Source: Chiloscyllium plagiosum
Taxonomy: Eukaryota
Reading direction: 5' to 3'
DNA: 64,000 bases
Assembly (NCBI RefSeq): GCF_004010195.1
Contig: NC_057719.1
Coordinates: 19,708,964-19,772,963 of the forward strand
The notes under the pieces were generated by a model, which was given only the letters and a program-made list of their open reading frames with translations, was not told the origin of the DNA and made no database searches. The translations under genes and the position numbers were made by a program. This document shows positions 1-11,225 of the stretch, in pieces. How positions within the stretch are numbered: the stretch's first letter is position 1; each line of letters opens with the position of its first letter.

Positions 1-302
1 GGGTCGACAGTGAGAATTTTTTTCCACGTATGGAGTCAGCTATTACAAGGGGTCATAGCTTTAAATTAAGGGGTGGTAGGTACAGGACAGATGTTGGGGT
101 AGGTTCTTTACTCAGCGAGTTGTGAGTTCATGGAATGCTCTGCCAGTGGCAGTGGTGGACTCTCCCTCATTATGGGCATTTATGCGGGCATTGGATAGGC
201 ATATGGAGGATAGTGGGCTAGTGTAGGTTAGGTGGGCTTGGATCGGCGCAACATCGAGGGCCAAAGGGCCTGTACTGCGCTGTATTCTTCTATGTTCTAT
301 GG
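1..302 (+). mobile_element. CR1/HER1-type LINE 3' end fragment
   Basis: Encodes the typical CR1 C-terminal FFTQRVV..WN.LP motif (ttctttactcagcgagttgtgagttcatggaatgctctgcca) and ends in a (ttctatg)n tail. Confidence 0.85.
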
Positions 303-1010
303 TCTTTTGGACTACCACAAGGACGAATTTACATCCACCTTATTGCTAGGAATCATTGATCTACTTTAACCCAAGAACACAGCTTGTTTCTCATGAAAGG
401 GGAATGAGCAACTTGTCATAAAACATCCAATACTCATTGATTTGGGCCCTAGTGCATCAGGTTCTCTATAAATAATAGAATTGACCAGAGTGTTGAGAAA
501 ATTGTCACCAGCCTCAAACATATTCTACCACCAGGAAAAGTCTGCAGCTTTAGCAGCAGCTGCTGGATCTCTACAAACCAATGTACGAAGGCTGAGACAA
601 GAACACATTTCACCTGCTATTAGATTATATACTCAGTTATCAGCGTATTTCATAATTAACAAGATAAAAACATCTCACTTTACAAAGTAACTTGCATTAT
701 GCCACTAACATCAAAATGCTTACTGATCATAAACTACTTGCTACAAATTATGCCCTTCGCGTTAAGACTTGGAAATTGATTGGCTGACTGCTCTCACCAA
801 GGAAGTCAATAGCAACTTAGTGCTTACAGGACTCTCCTTGCAAGCACTTCCTTTTATTGGTAAAGATTCACCTCAAAAATGGATACAAGGCAGCGGAAAC
901 CTGGACACTGCATTCTCAGCAGATCAAAAGAATTGTTCAAAAACTTAAAGGGCATCATAGGTTCTTATGTCTGCTCCACCATTCTGTAAGACCATAAGTA
1001 AACTCCAAAC

Positions 1011-2480
1011 TCAGTCATAGCCATAGAGATATACAGCACAGAAACCGATCCTTCAGTCCGATTCGCCCATGCTGACCAGATATCCTAAATAAATCTAGTC
1101 CTATTTGCCAGCATTTGGCCCCTATCCCTCTAAATCCTTCCTATACAGATGCCTAATAAATGTTGTGTTTGCACGAGCTGCCACTACTTCCTCTGGTAGA
1201 TCATTTCATACATGCACCGTCTGCGTGAAACAATTGCCGCCCTCACACTGTTAAATCTCTCTCCTCAGAGCTTAAAGCTCTGCCTTCTGGTTTTAGACTC
1301 CAGCAACCCAGGGAAAAGTCCTTATCTATTTATGCTATTCATGCTCATGATTTTATAAACCTCTAATGTCACGCCTCAGCCTCCGATGCTCTAGGAAAAT
1401 TGCCCCAGGCTGTTCAGCCTCTCCCTATAGCTCAAGCCCTGCAACCCTGGCAATAGCCTTGGAAACTTTTTCTGAACCCTTTAAGTTTCATAGCATCCCT
1501 CCTACAGCAGGGAGACCAGAATTGTACACAATATTCCAACAGTGGCCTAACCAATGTTCTGTACAGCAGCAACATAACCTGCCAACTTCCATAGGCAATG
1601 CACTGACCAATAAAGGCAAGCATACCAAACACCTCCTTCACTATCCTATCTACTGGTGACTCCATTTTTAACGAACTATGAACCAGCATTCCAAGGTCTC
1701 TTTTGTGCAGCAACACTCCCCAGGATCTTATCATTAAGCCTGTAAGTCCTGCCCTGAAATGTTTCATTACAAAATGCAGAAGCTCACATTTATCTAAATT
1801 AAACTCCATCTGCAACTCCTCAGCCACTGGCTCATCTGATCAAGATCCTGTTGTACTCTGAAGTAACCTTCTTTGCTGTCCACTACACCACCATTTTTGG
1901 TATCAACTGCAAACGTATGAACCATACCTCCTAGTACACATCAAAATCATTTGTGTATACAACAAAAAGCAGTGGATCCAGCACCGATCCTTGTGGCACA
2001 CTGCTGGTCATAGGCCTCCAGTCAGAAAAGCAACCATCCACCACCCAGTTTTCCACCTTTGAGCCAGTTCTGATTAGCTTCCTGATTAGATTGGCTTCTC
2101 TACAGTATGGAAACAGAACCCACCCAGACCCATTTCCCTCTGAGGAAACCCACACAGACACAGGGAGAATGTGCAAACTCCACATAGACAGTCACCTAAG
2201 GCTGGAATCAAACACAGGCCCCTGGCGCTGTGAGGCTGCAGTGCTAACCACTGAACCACCGTGCTGCCCTTTGTATCCAAATGGCTAGATCTGTATCTAA
2301 ATAGCTATTTCTACCTCTAATCCGTATGATCTGACCTTGCTAACAGTCTACAATGAGGAACCTTGTTAAATACCTGACTGAAGTCTAGATAGATCATGTC
2401 CACCAGTCTACCCTAGTCAATTCACTTTGTTACTTCTTCAAAAACTCAAACCAAGTTAGAGACACGATATCCCACACACA
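1011..2480 (-). mobile_element. CR1/HER1 LINE, RT domain and 3' end, decayed; interrupted by an HE1 SINE
   Basis: ORF-track peptides SSVPQGSVLDPLLFVVYTND and LYRTLVRPLLEYCVQFWSP; 3' tail near 1011-1030. Confidence 0.9.
2085..2268 (-). mobile_element. HE1-type SINE, internally deleted, inserted in CR1
   Basis: Reverse complement of the tRNA-derived head (ggcagcacggtggttcagtggttagcactg) and V-domain core (tgtctgtgtggagtttgcac). Confidence 0.85.
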
Positions 2481-4382
2481 CCAATGCTCACTGTTTTCTG
2501 GGGGTAGTTTATGCTCAAATTTCACAACAGAAATTTCCTCACCTCCAACCTAAATGGCAATACCTTATGTCTGGAATATGAACCTACTTCTTGGCTCATT
2601 AGCCAGATGAAATAATCTCTCAACATTGTAACCTCTTATTTTGCATCTTAGAGACTTTGCTTTTAGTGAATGGTAAGCTTTGTCTCTTCGCAATGATTTC
2701 CTGTCATCAAGCTGGTACCAAGAGCCATTTTGGCTGAAATGCTGATGTCATGTGTCATATATGCACTGCCCAAAGGCATGCCCTGGCCTCACTGTCTGCC
2801 AAACAGTTTTCTTGGCACTTATTTTTTTGCCAGTGAAACCTCGTTAATTACCTTCGGCTCAGCAAAGAGATTGATCAAAATCTATCACGCCAGAACAGGA
2901 ATCTTGGCCATTTTGTTGTTAACCACATACGAACCATCCAACCAGAGCTTATTAGCCTGATGTATATTAACAATTCTGAAGGATATCCCTGGAAGTATTA
3001 AGAAAGTAAAAAATTTGCTCCTTTTGCCCATTAAATGGCCATGTTTTCTCACTTTAAAATGAAGTTAGAAAAGTAAAAACAAAGACATTTTAGCATTAAG
3101 GCTGAACTGACTCAATGTAAGGTTGCAAGTATTCAAGTGACAAAACATTCCGATTATTATTACCAACAATAAGTATGCAGTCATATTTTATAAACAAAGC
3201 TATGCTAGCAGATCGTGAAATGAACAATTACTCTTGATCCTGAGTCACTAGTCATGACAGCTTCTCAGTATCATTCTCTGCCTGTTCTGCGGTGCATTCT
3301 GGTAGTGGCAGGTTACATTTTACATTAATACATTTTGGTATTACCAGCATTCTTCAGATAGTAGATGGAGCATATCCATTCACATAACCCATTGCTTTAC
3401 CTCATTCTCCTTTAACGAGCAAGGTTGACATTCAACATAAATAAACAATGGTTTCAGTATGCTAATGCCAACACACTGCAATTTCTGGTCACTGACAGCT
3501 GTGATGGAATAGTTTTGTTGTTGTGGGCTCCTTCTAATATTCAAAGTCTCAAAAATGGAGCATTTCAAATACCTTTGTAAAAGTCATTTTCAGGAGGGGG
3601 GGGGGGACCAACAACTGAACCTGGAGTATATTAGTTAATAGCCCCAACCACAAACAGCAGTTTGTGCTCTGTTAAGCAACCTGAAGTCAGTTGGGTGCAA
3701 AAACACTAGTGAACCATTTCTTTCATGGCAGTCAGACATATTTTTCAATTTAGCTTGTCAAAGTGTCACGTGTGGTTATGACTAGGCTCAGCAGCAAAGT
3801 TACTCGAAGGGTATCACATATCAGTGTCTTGTGACGCAGCGAAAGCACCTCTGCCTCTGGGTCAGCAGATTCAATAAGTCTCACCTGCCACTGCAGTACA
3901 TTGCAACTTATAGGTTGGTTTCCCCCCCCCCCCAAAAAATCGGGGGGGTTCTGGTGGTGCAGTCATACTGCCCCTAGACCAGAAGGGGTGAGTTCAAACC
4001 CCAACCTGCTCCAAGATATGCCTGTTCTGGTCGGATTAAAACAAAAGACACATACTGCACAACCCAAAATAGTCAATCGCCAACCCATACAGCCTATCGT
4101 GAACGTACTTGCTTCCCTTGATTTAAAAAAAATGAAATGAAGTGGGATCACAAGCGCAGACGCGAAACAATGAAAAAGTGCCACACCATCAGTGGTTACT
4201 CTGGGTGAGTGAGTGAGAGGTGTGACGGTCAGTGCCCAAGGCCTTGATTACATTCAACCAGGACGACATCTGAGACACAGTTCGTGGTGGGAGTGAGTGT
4301 GAGTGAGTCAGGAACCATGCCCGGAGAGAGAAGCGATACTCCCAGTGCTCCGAGAAGTAGTGTAACTAGGCCGGTTACTCAC

Positions 4383-4479
4383 CCCCTGAAACGGGCTTTG
4401 GCCCTGACACCAGGATCAGCAGCAGCAACAGTAACAGCAGAGGCCAAATGCGGACTTTCCTGATTTGATTCCCAGTCAT
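4383..4479 (-). CDS. First coding exon of an unidentified secretory-pathway or membrane protein (signal peptide MTGNQIRKVRIWPLLLLLLLLILVSGPKPVSG, phase-1 intron follows)
   Basis: ATG at 4479 with a purine at -3 (gagcgATG). 32 codons + 1 nt, then GGG|GTGAGT donor (GT at 4382-4381). Basic n-region, poly-Leu h-region and small-residue c-region; lies inside the CpG island. Downstream exons were not identified in 1-4382. Confidence 0.75.
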
Positions 4480-4673
4480 CGCTCTCCTTGTACTTCACTC
4501 CTAGGTTTTTTTTTCTCCTCTCTCCGGATGATGAAGACTGCCGCTCCCGCCGTCGTCCTCCTCCTGTTTCTCAGAGACCAGTCCTTACCCACGATCAGGC
4601 CTCCTCAACCCATGACCGCCATCGCGGCTTTTATCACCTTGGCCGCCGAGCGAGCGAGCCAGCCGAGCGCTGA

Positions 4674-4692
4674 CCAATCAGCCGCTCCCACA
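4674..4692 (+). promoter_or_regulatory. ER-stress response element (ERSE)-like motif CCAAT-N9-CCACA
   Basis: CCAAT (4674-4678), cagccgctc (9 nt), CCACA (4688-4692); matches the spacing of the CCAAT-N9-CCAC(G/A) consensus. Confidence 0.55.
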
Positions 4693-5028
4693 CATCGCTC
4701 AAAGCGGCGAGGCGCCACGTCTCCCTCTACATGGCTCTTCGCCATTGGACGGCGCTCGAGGCGGGCAGCCAATGGGGGTCATACGTTTCCTCCTCCCCTC
4801 ACGGCAATCTCTCAAGCACATCTCACCCCCTCCGCCGGGGGAAAAGCAGGCGGAGCGCAGGCGCGGAGAGGTCCTCGCGCTCTTTACTGAATAACGGTTT
4901 TGGAGGAGGGGGGCGGCGGCGGCTGCAAAGTGTGTCCCAGGCACCGGGTGGGGGCGCTGGAGGCGGAGGTCTTGATCCTGATCTCCCGTCACGTACTGCA
5001 TTCAAAATCTGGGTCGGGAGGGGAGATG

Positions 5029-5115
5029 GAAAATGTGCTGGAAAACCACAGCAGGTCAGGCAGCATCCGAAGAGCAGGAGAATCGGCGATTCGGGCATAA
5101 GTCCTTCCTCAGGAA
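5029..5115 (-). mobile_element. Penelope-like element terminal fragment (family A) with 15-bp TSD
   Basis: Shares ctggaaaa.cacagcaggtcaggcagcatcc with the GIY-YIG-bearing copies at 38.6 and 62.4 kb; flanked by tcgggaggggagatg at 5014-5028 and 5116-5130. Confidence 0.85.
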
Positions 5116-5324
5116 TCGGGAGGGGAGATGTTGAGCGTGCGCCTGCGCATACTATTAGAGTTGACCAACGCAGGGAGCTGTTCGAGAATTTTATTCGTCA
5201 TTCAATCGTTGTCTTTTGAGGTGGGAGGGAGGGAGGGAGGCAGGCCGGTATGTGTTGAAATCGGGTGTCCCTCCTCAATCAATGGTGGTAGAGAACGCCA
5301 GTTGTTAAAGTGTACTCGAGAATG

Positions 5325-5562
5325 TAACTTTTTAAAAGTTGTGTGATTTATATATGAAAGCACGTTCATTCTAAAAGACTTAACAAACAATCCAGGACTT
5401 TTTCAACATATAATTTCAGTTGCATTGGACTGTAAACGTTGGCTGTAAATTCTGTGTCTTAAGATCTTATACTCCACAATAACCTGATGAAGGAGCTGCT
5501 CCGAAAGCTTATACTTCCAGATAAACCTGTTGGACTGTAACCTGGTGTTATGTGATTTTTAA
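5325..5562 (+). mobile_element. Penelope-like element terminal fragment (family B) with hammerhead motif
   Basis: ctgatgaaggagctgctccgaaagctt at 5484-5510, then the recurrent ataaacctgttggact.taacctggtg terminus; similar copies at 5.9, 13.1, 29.1, 40.7 and 53.1 kb. Confidence 0.75.
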
Positions 5563-5907
5563 TGTGGGAGAGAACAAAATTTCACAGACCCTTCCAACAA
5601 TAGGACGGCAAAGAAGGTGACCATTTTGGCCTGTTTTTTTGTCTCTGCTGGGCTGCTCGGAGGGAGGGAAAGAAGTCGTTCATTGAGTGTCTTTTCTGCA
5701 TCTAAAGGCTCATGTATTTTCCACTGTGCCGTTACTGATTTTTCCTTTCAATACCATTCTGTTTTGAAAGCTGTGTACATCTCTATGACTGCATTCCCAC
5801 TTCACTCGAGACACAGTGCATTCATCCCAGATCTTAAAAAGAAGCTCGATTTAAACAAAATATTGTTTGTTGCATGATGGCAAACAGGTACAAATTACAT
5901 TTGTATG

Positions 5908-6195
5908 ATAAAGTTAAAAAAGCGAACAACACCAGGTTACAGTGCAATGGGTTTATTTGAAAGTACAAGATTTCGAAGAGGAGCAACACTCCAAAAGCTT
6001 GTACTTTCATATAAACCTGTTGGACTATAACCTGGTGTGATTTTTAACTTTGTCGAGAGTGTGGTGCTGGAAAAGCACAGCAGGTCAGGCACCCTCGGAG
6101 GAGCAGGAGAATCAATGTTTCCGGCAAAAGGCCTTCACCAGGAAGGTGATTTTTAACTTTGTCCACCTCAGTCCAACACTGGCACCTCCACATCA
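5908..6195. mobile_element. Family B PLE fold-back fragment containing a nested family A fragment (6055-6145)
   Basis: Inverted family B termini; nested insert flanked by 18-bp gtgatttttaactttgtc at 6037-6054 and 6146-6163. Confidence 0.8.
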
Positions 6196-6714
6196 TTTAT
6201 AAGATAGACGTTGTTATTAAGACTGCAAAGACACTTTGGATACATGTCTCCTGTATAAAATCCTAAACTGCCATTCTGCCTTTCCCAACCTAAATTCTTA
6301 CAACATCATCAGTTTGGGTCAAGCTTAATTTTTTTTAGCATTACCCTTTTTAGGACCAACATACAATTCCTGCGCAGGCATCTTATTATCCCTAATTATT
6401 GTGGTACAAATTTCATGCCATTTGCATTTTGAAATTTTCTTTTTATGTTTTATATTTGACTATGAGCCAATCATATGCAAGGATTGGTGAGCACTCAATA
6501 TTTACTTGGCAATAAGACAAGTATTGTTTACTGGAAGACTATATCTTATTCCTCTGCTTTTAGACTGATGTAAAATTATGGAACTGATAATCATATTCTG
6601 CCAAGCTAATAATGATTGACATGTCGTCATGAAGTGTTTGACAACAGGCTTCTGTAGGTCAACAAAACTAGTGTACAGTGCAGTTATGATTATGACATGA
6701 TTATACTGCAGTGA

Positions 6715-7310
6715 AACCATAAGAAAAATGACCATGAGTAGGCCATATGGCTCCTTGTGCTGTACCATTCAGTATGATCACTGCTGATCCAACATTCCTC
6801 ACATCCACTTTCTTGCCCTTTCCCTGTAACCTTTGATTCCCCCTCTGATAAGAATCTATCATTGTCAGCCTTAAAAATACACCAAGGCTCTACCTTCACA
6901 GCTGTCTGTAGTAAGGAGTTCCAAAAACTCTTAACTCTCTGAGAGAAGATATTCCTCATCTCAGTGTTGTTCTGAGATGATGCCATCTAGTCCTAAACTC
7001 TCCCATGAGGGGAAGCATTCTCTCAGCATTGACTCTGTTAAGCCCTTTAAGAATCCTATAAGTTTCAATGAGACCATCTTTCATTCTTCTAAACTACAGT
7101 GAGTAGAGGATCTACCTGTTTAGCTTTGCTTATAAGACTTTCCCTCCATACCAGGGATCATCCTGGTGAACCTTCTTTGAAATACCTCCAATGAAATTAT
7201 GTCTTTCCTTAAATAAAGGGATCAAAATTGCTCTCAGTTCTCCAGATGTGGTATCACCAGCACCTTGTTGTAATAAGACTTCCCTTCTCTTATATTCCAA
7301 TCTCCTTGAA
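6715..7310 (-). mobile_element. CR1-type LINE 3' fragment (older subfamily)
   Basis: Peptides RNIFSQRVKSFWNSL and LEYKRREVLLQ in the ORF track. Confidence 0.8.
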
Positions 7311-7825
7311 ATGCAGTTGGTTCTTCTATAATGCATGTTCCTTCAACACGAATTGGCTTAACGTGATTGAAGAATTTAGACCGTTACTTGTTGAATGTGT
7401 GCTTTCCTTATCTGTATTGGTTATAATCCAATTCTGGCCCCAATAGTTTAAATTGAGCGGCTATTGCGCAATTTTCTTGTAACGCAGGATTACATAACGG
7501 AATTATCGCATTCTATCAGAACCGACTGTAAGGGCCAACCTGTGCTAATATGCTAGCTTTGTATTTTGTGCACACGTACCCCCAAAGTCACTTTGTATTG
7601 CAGTTTTCTGCAGTTTTTCTCCATTGAAATAATAGTGTTCTTCTGTCCTCTCTTCCAAAATGAGCAATGTTGCATTTTCCTACATTATATTCCATTTGCT
7701 ACCTTTTTGTCCACTTACTTAACATATCTGTAACTCTCTATAAACTGTTTGTATCCCTCTCTCAACCTGCCTTTCCACCTATTTTGTGTTGTCTGCATAT
7801 TTGGCTACAGAACACTTCTATTAAC

Positions 7826-8800
7826 AGTTATAGAGTCATAGAGACGTACAGCATGGAAACAGACCCTCCGTTTCAACTTGTTCATGCCGACCAGATATCC
7901 CAACCCAATCTAGTCCCATATCTTTACCAGCATCCAGCCCATATCTCTCCTAACTCTTCCTATTCATATACCCATCCAACTGCCTCTTAAATGTTGCAAT
8001 CGTACCAGCCTCCATCACTTCCTCTGGCAGCTCATTCCATACATGTACCACCCTCTGCATGAAAAAGTTGCCCCTTAGGTCTCTTTTAGATCTTTCCCCT
8101 CTCACCCTAAAANNNNNNNNNNNNNNNNNNNNNNNNNNNNNNNNNNNNNNNNNNNNNNNNNNNNNNNNNNNNNNNNNNNNNNNNNNNNNNNNNNNNNNNN
8201 NNNNNNNNNNNNNNNNNNNNNNNNNNNNNNNNNNNNNNNNNNNNNNNNNNNNNNNNNNNNNNNNNNNNNNNNNNNNNNNNNNNNNNNNNNNNNNNNNNNN
8301 NNNNNNNNNNNNNNNNNNNNNNNNNNNNNNNAGTCCTGCTAAGATTTGCTTTCCCAAAGTGCAGCACCTCGCATTTATCTGAATTAAACTCCATCAGCCA
8401 CTTCTCAGCCCATTGGCGCATCTGGTCAAGATCCTGTTGCAGTCTGGGGTAACCCTCTTCGCTGTCCACTACACCTCCAATTTTGGTGTCATCTGCAAAC
8501 TTATTAACCGTACTTCTTATGCTTACATCTAAATCATTTATGTAAATGACAAAAAGTAGAGGACCCAGCACTGATCCTTGTGGCACTCCACTGGTCACAG
8601 GCCTCCAGTCTGAAAAACAACCCTCCACCACCACCCTCTGTCTTCTACGTTTGAGCCAGTTCTGTATCCAAATGGCTAGTTCTCCCTGTATTCCGTGAGA
8701 TCTAACCTTGCTAATCAGTCTCCCATGGGGAACCTTGTCGAACGCCTTACTGAAGTCCATATAGATCACATCTACCACTCTGCCCTCATCAATCCTCTTG
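7826..8800 (-). mobile_element. Young HER1/CR1 LINE, RT domain to 3' end (spans the assembly gap)
   Basis: Uninterrupted ORF VDVIYMDFSKAFDKVPHGRL...GVPQGSVLGPLLFVIYINDLD...KFADDTK; C-terminal NFFMQRVVHVWNELP; tail at ~7826-7845. Confidence 0.95.
8113..8331. other. Assembly gap (N run)
   Basis: 219 consecutive N. Confidence 1.
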
Positions 8801-10157
8801 TGGTCCCAGACTGATACTTGTGGAAAGCCACTGGTTATGAGTCACCAACTTGAAAGAAATCCCTTATCTCCATTCATTGTTTCCTTCCCATGAGCCAATT
8901 CTCTATTCATGCCAATATACTATCTTCAGCTCTGTGAGCTTCTATCTTTTGACTTAATGCTTTGTGAGTTACCTTATCAAACAACTTCTGGAAGTCCAAA
9001 TACATGACACCTACTGATTCCCCTCTAACCATTCTGGTTGAGGTTTTCGTAAAAAAAACTTCAATAATTTAGTCAGACATGATTTCTCTTTCATGAAGCC
9101 ACACTGACTCTCTTTGGATTGTGGGAGGAAACCGGAGCACCCAGAGAAAACCCATGGAGACACAGGGAGATCGTGCAAACTCCACACAGACAGTTGCCCA
9201 AGGTTGGAATCGTACCACTGAGCCACCATGAAAGCATACATTTGGAAAATCATAATTTAATCAAAGATGTGCAGGTTAGATGAATTGGCCATGCTAAATT
9301 GTTCAGAGGTGTTTATGTTAGGTGCATTAGTCGGGGTAAATGTTGGGGGATGGGATACTCTTCGGAAGATTGATGTGGACCTGTTGGATCGAAAAGTATG
9401 TTTCCATATTGTAGAGATTCCTATTCCTTAATAGCCGGTTCCAGTAGTTTCCAACAATAAATCAATCTATAATTACCTCCTCTACTTCCCATTCTGTTTT
9501 TGAATAGGGGTGACACTTCTCCAGATTCCAACAACTTTTGGAAAGTTACAATCAATGTCCACTAATTCTGCAGCTACCTCTTTTAGGATCCGAGGATACA
9601 AGTCATTAGGACCTGGAGACTTATTTGCCTTCAGGTTCATAAGTTTGTCTCATGTTACTTCTTTACCGATGGTGATGATGCTTAATTCCTCCCCGCATTC
9701 TTTATTATTAGTGGGATGTTTGAAGAGTCTTCCACCATAAAGGCTGATGAAAAATATCTGCTTTATTCCTCTAATATTGCCTGGTTTCTCAAAACCGTCT
9801 CCCTAGATTCATTTTCTAAGAACTCTGTGTTCAATTTTATCTCTTTTTATTTATTTAAAGAAGTTCCTATTATCAGCTTTTATATTCCTCGCTAGTTTAT
9901 CTTTCTCATTTATTTTCTCTGTCTTTATTGTTAGCTCGGATTTGGACTATATGTCAGCCACACCAATAGTATGAGGGAAATTCCACTAGAACAATGCCTT
10001 CACTGCATTCTTTGGAATCACTAAGAATCTCTGGAATCGGGCAAAAAAACCTGCAAAACTAACTTCAATGATACTCGAGTCCGGATAGTTGTTCAGTCTC
10101 TCCACTGTCAGCTTCTGTTTTCTCAATTCTCAAATGGCCAATGTTTCAAAAGACAAG

Positions 10158-10290
10158 TCCTAATGAAGGGTCATGCCCGAAACGTTGATTCGCCTGCACC
10201 TCTGATGCTGCTTGACCTTCTGTGCTTTTTCCAGCTCCTCCTTTTATCGACTCTGATTTTCCAACATTTGCAGTCCTCACTCTGTCCAAA
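10158..10290 (+). mobile_element. Family A PLE terminal fragment with degenerate hammerhead
   Basis: cctaatgaagggtcatgcccgaaacgttg; flanked by caaaagacaag at 10147-10157 and 10295-10305. Confidence 0.75.
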
Positions 10291-10340
10291 TTTCCAAAAG
10301 ACAAGGACATTCTGAAGCTTTCTTTGAAATGGGATATCAT

Positions 10341-10617
10341 AGATTAGATTAGATTAGATTACTTAGATCAGATTAGATTACTTACAGTGTGGAAAGAGGC
10401 CCTTCGGCTCAACAAGTCCACACTGACCCGCCGAAGCGCAACCCACCCAGACCCATTCCCCTCCATTTACCCCTTCACCTAACACTACAGGAAATTTAGC
10501 ATAGCCAATTCACTTAACCTGCACATTGTTGGACTGTGGGAGGAAACCGGAGCACCCGGAGGAAACCCACATAGACACGGGGAGAATGTGCAAACTCCAC
10601 ACAGAGAGTCACCTGAC
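10341..10617 (-). mobile_element. HE1 SINE, 5'-truncated
   Basis: (agatt)n tail plus a body closely matching the full copy at 31140. Confidence 0.9.
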
Positions 10618-10699
10618 ATTAATGACTGAGAGGAACTTACTATCAAACATTCAAAAATGGCAGCATGTCCAAACTTGTCCTTCCAGTAACATCAGACAT

Positions 10700-11225
10700 T
10701 GTTATTAAGATTGCAGGATTTGAACTGTAGGGAAAGGCTGGGGTTTTTTGCCCCTGGAGCACCAGAGGCTGAGGGGTGACCTTATAGTGATTTATAACAT
10801 CAGGAGGGGTGTGGATAGTGTGAATAGCCAAGGTCTTTTTCCCAGGGTAGCGGTCTCCAAATTTAGAGGGCATTGGTTTAAGGTGAGAGGGGAAAGATTT
10901 AAAAAGAACCTGAGGGGGAACATTTTCACGCAGAGGGTAGTATGTGTATGGAATGAGCTGCCAGAGCAGGTGGGTGCACTTATAGCAATTAAAAGGCATC
11001 TGGATGGGTACATTTGTATAAGTGCCTTTAATGTAATAAAACATCTTAAAGCATTTCACAGGACCATTTCAAAACAAAGTGTGACATGAATAGCAAAGGT
11101 TTGGAGGGAAATGAGTCAAATGCTGGCAAATGAGAGAAGTTCAGTTTTGGATATCTGGTATGTGCGGATGAGTTGGACCGAAGGGTCTGTTTCCGCGCTG
11201 TGTAACACAATGGTTCTATTCTAAT
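10700..11225 (+). mobile_element. CR1/HER1 3' fragment
   Basis: LEHQRLRGDLIVIYNI...NIFTQRVVCVWNELP. Confidence 0.9.

Larger units (their letters stand above)
4300..5320. promoter_or_regulatory. CpG-island promoter
   Basis: Sharp GC/CpG enrichment against an AT-rich, CpG-depleted background. CCAAT boxes at 4674-4678 (+), 4744-4748 (-) and 4769-4773 (+). NRF1-type GCGCAGGCGC at 4855-4864 and TGCGCCTGCGCA at 5138-5149. YY1-like GATGGCGG core on the minus strand near 4616-4623. Confidence 0.85.
7520..9930 (-). mobile_element. Older CR1 LINE RT region, interrupted by a younger HER1 copy (7826-8800) and an HE1 SINE (~9115-9425)
   Basis: RT peptides ESQCGFMKEKSCLTKLL and a DFQKxFDK-like segment; KSPGP-like motif at ~9605-9625 on the minus strand. 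Confidence 0.75.

Noticed and set aside
300..4382. Possible exon 2 of the minus-strand gene (e.g. near 3400-3570 or 450-586)
   Set aside because: No candidate combined a good acceptor, an open phase-1 frame, a donor and a recognisable peptide.
4383..4479. Naming the gene from exon length or signal-peptide resemblance (e.g. ADAM or TGF-beta receptor families)
   Set aside because: Signal peptides are low-information, and many unrelated genes have a phase-1 signal-peptide exon of this size.
4465..5346. Overlapping ORFs of 60-160 aa in the CpG island
   Set aside because: Expected from stop-poor GC-rich sequence; several read through the PLE insert, and none shows a recognisable domain.
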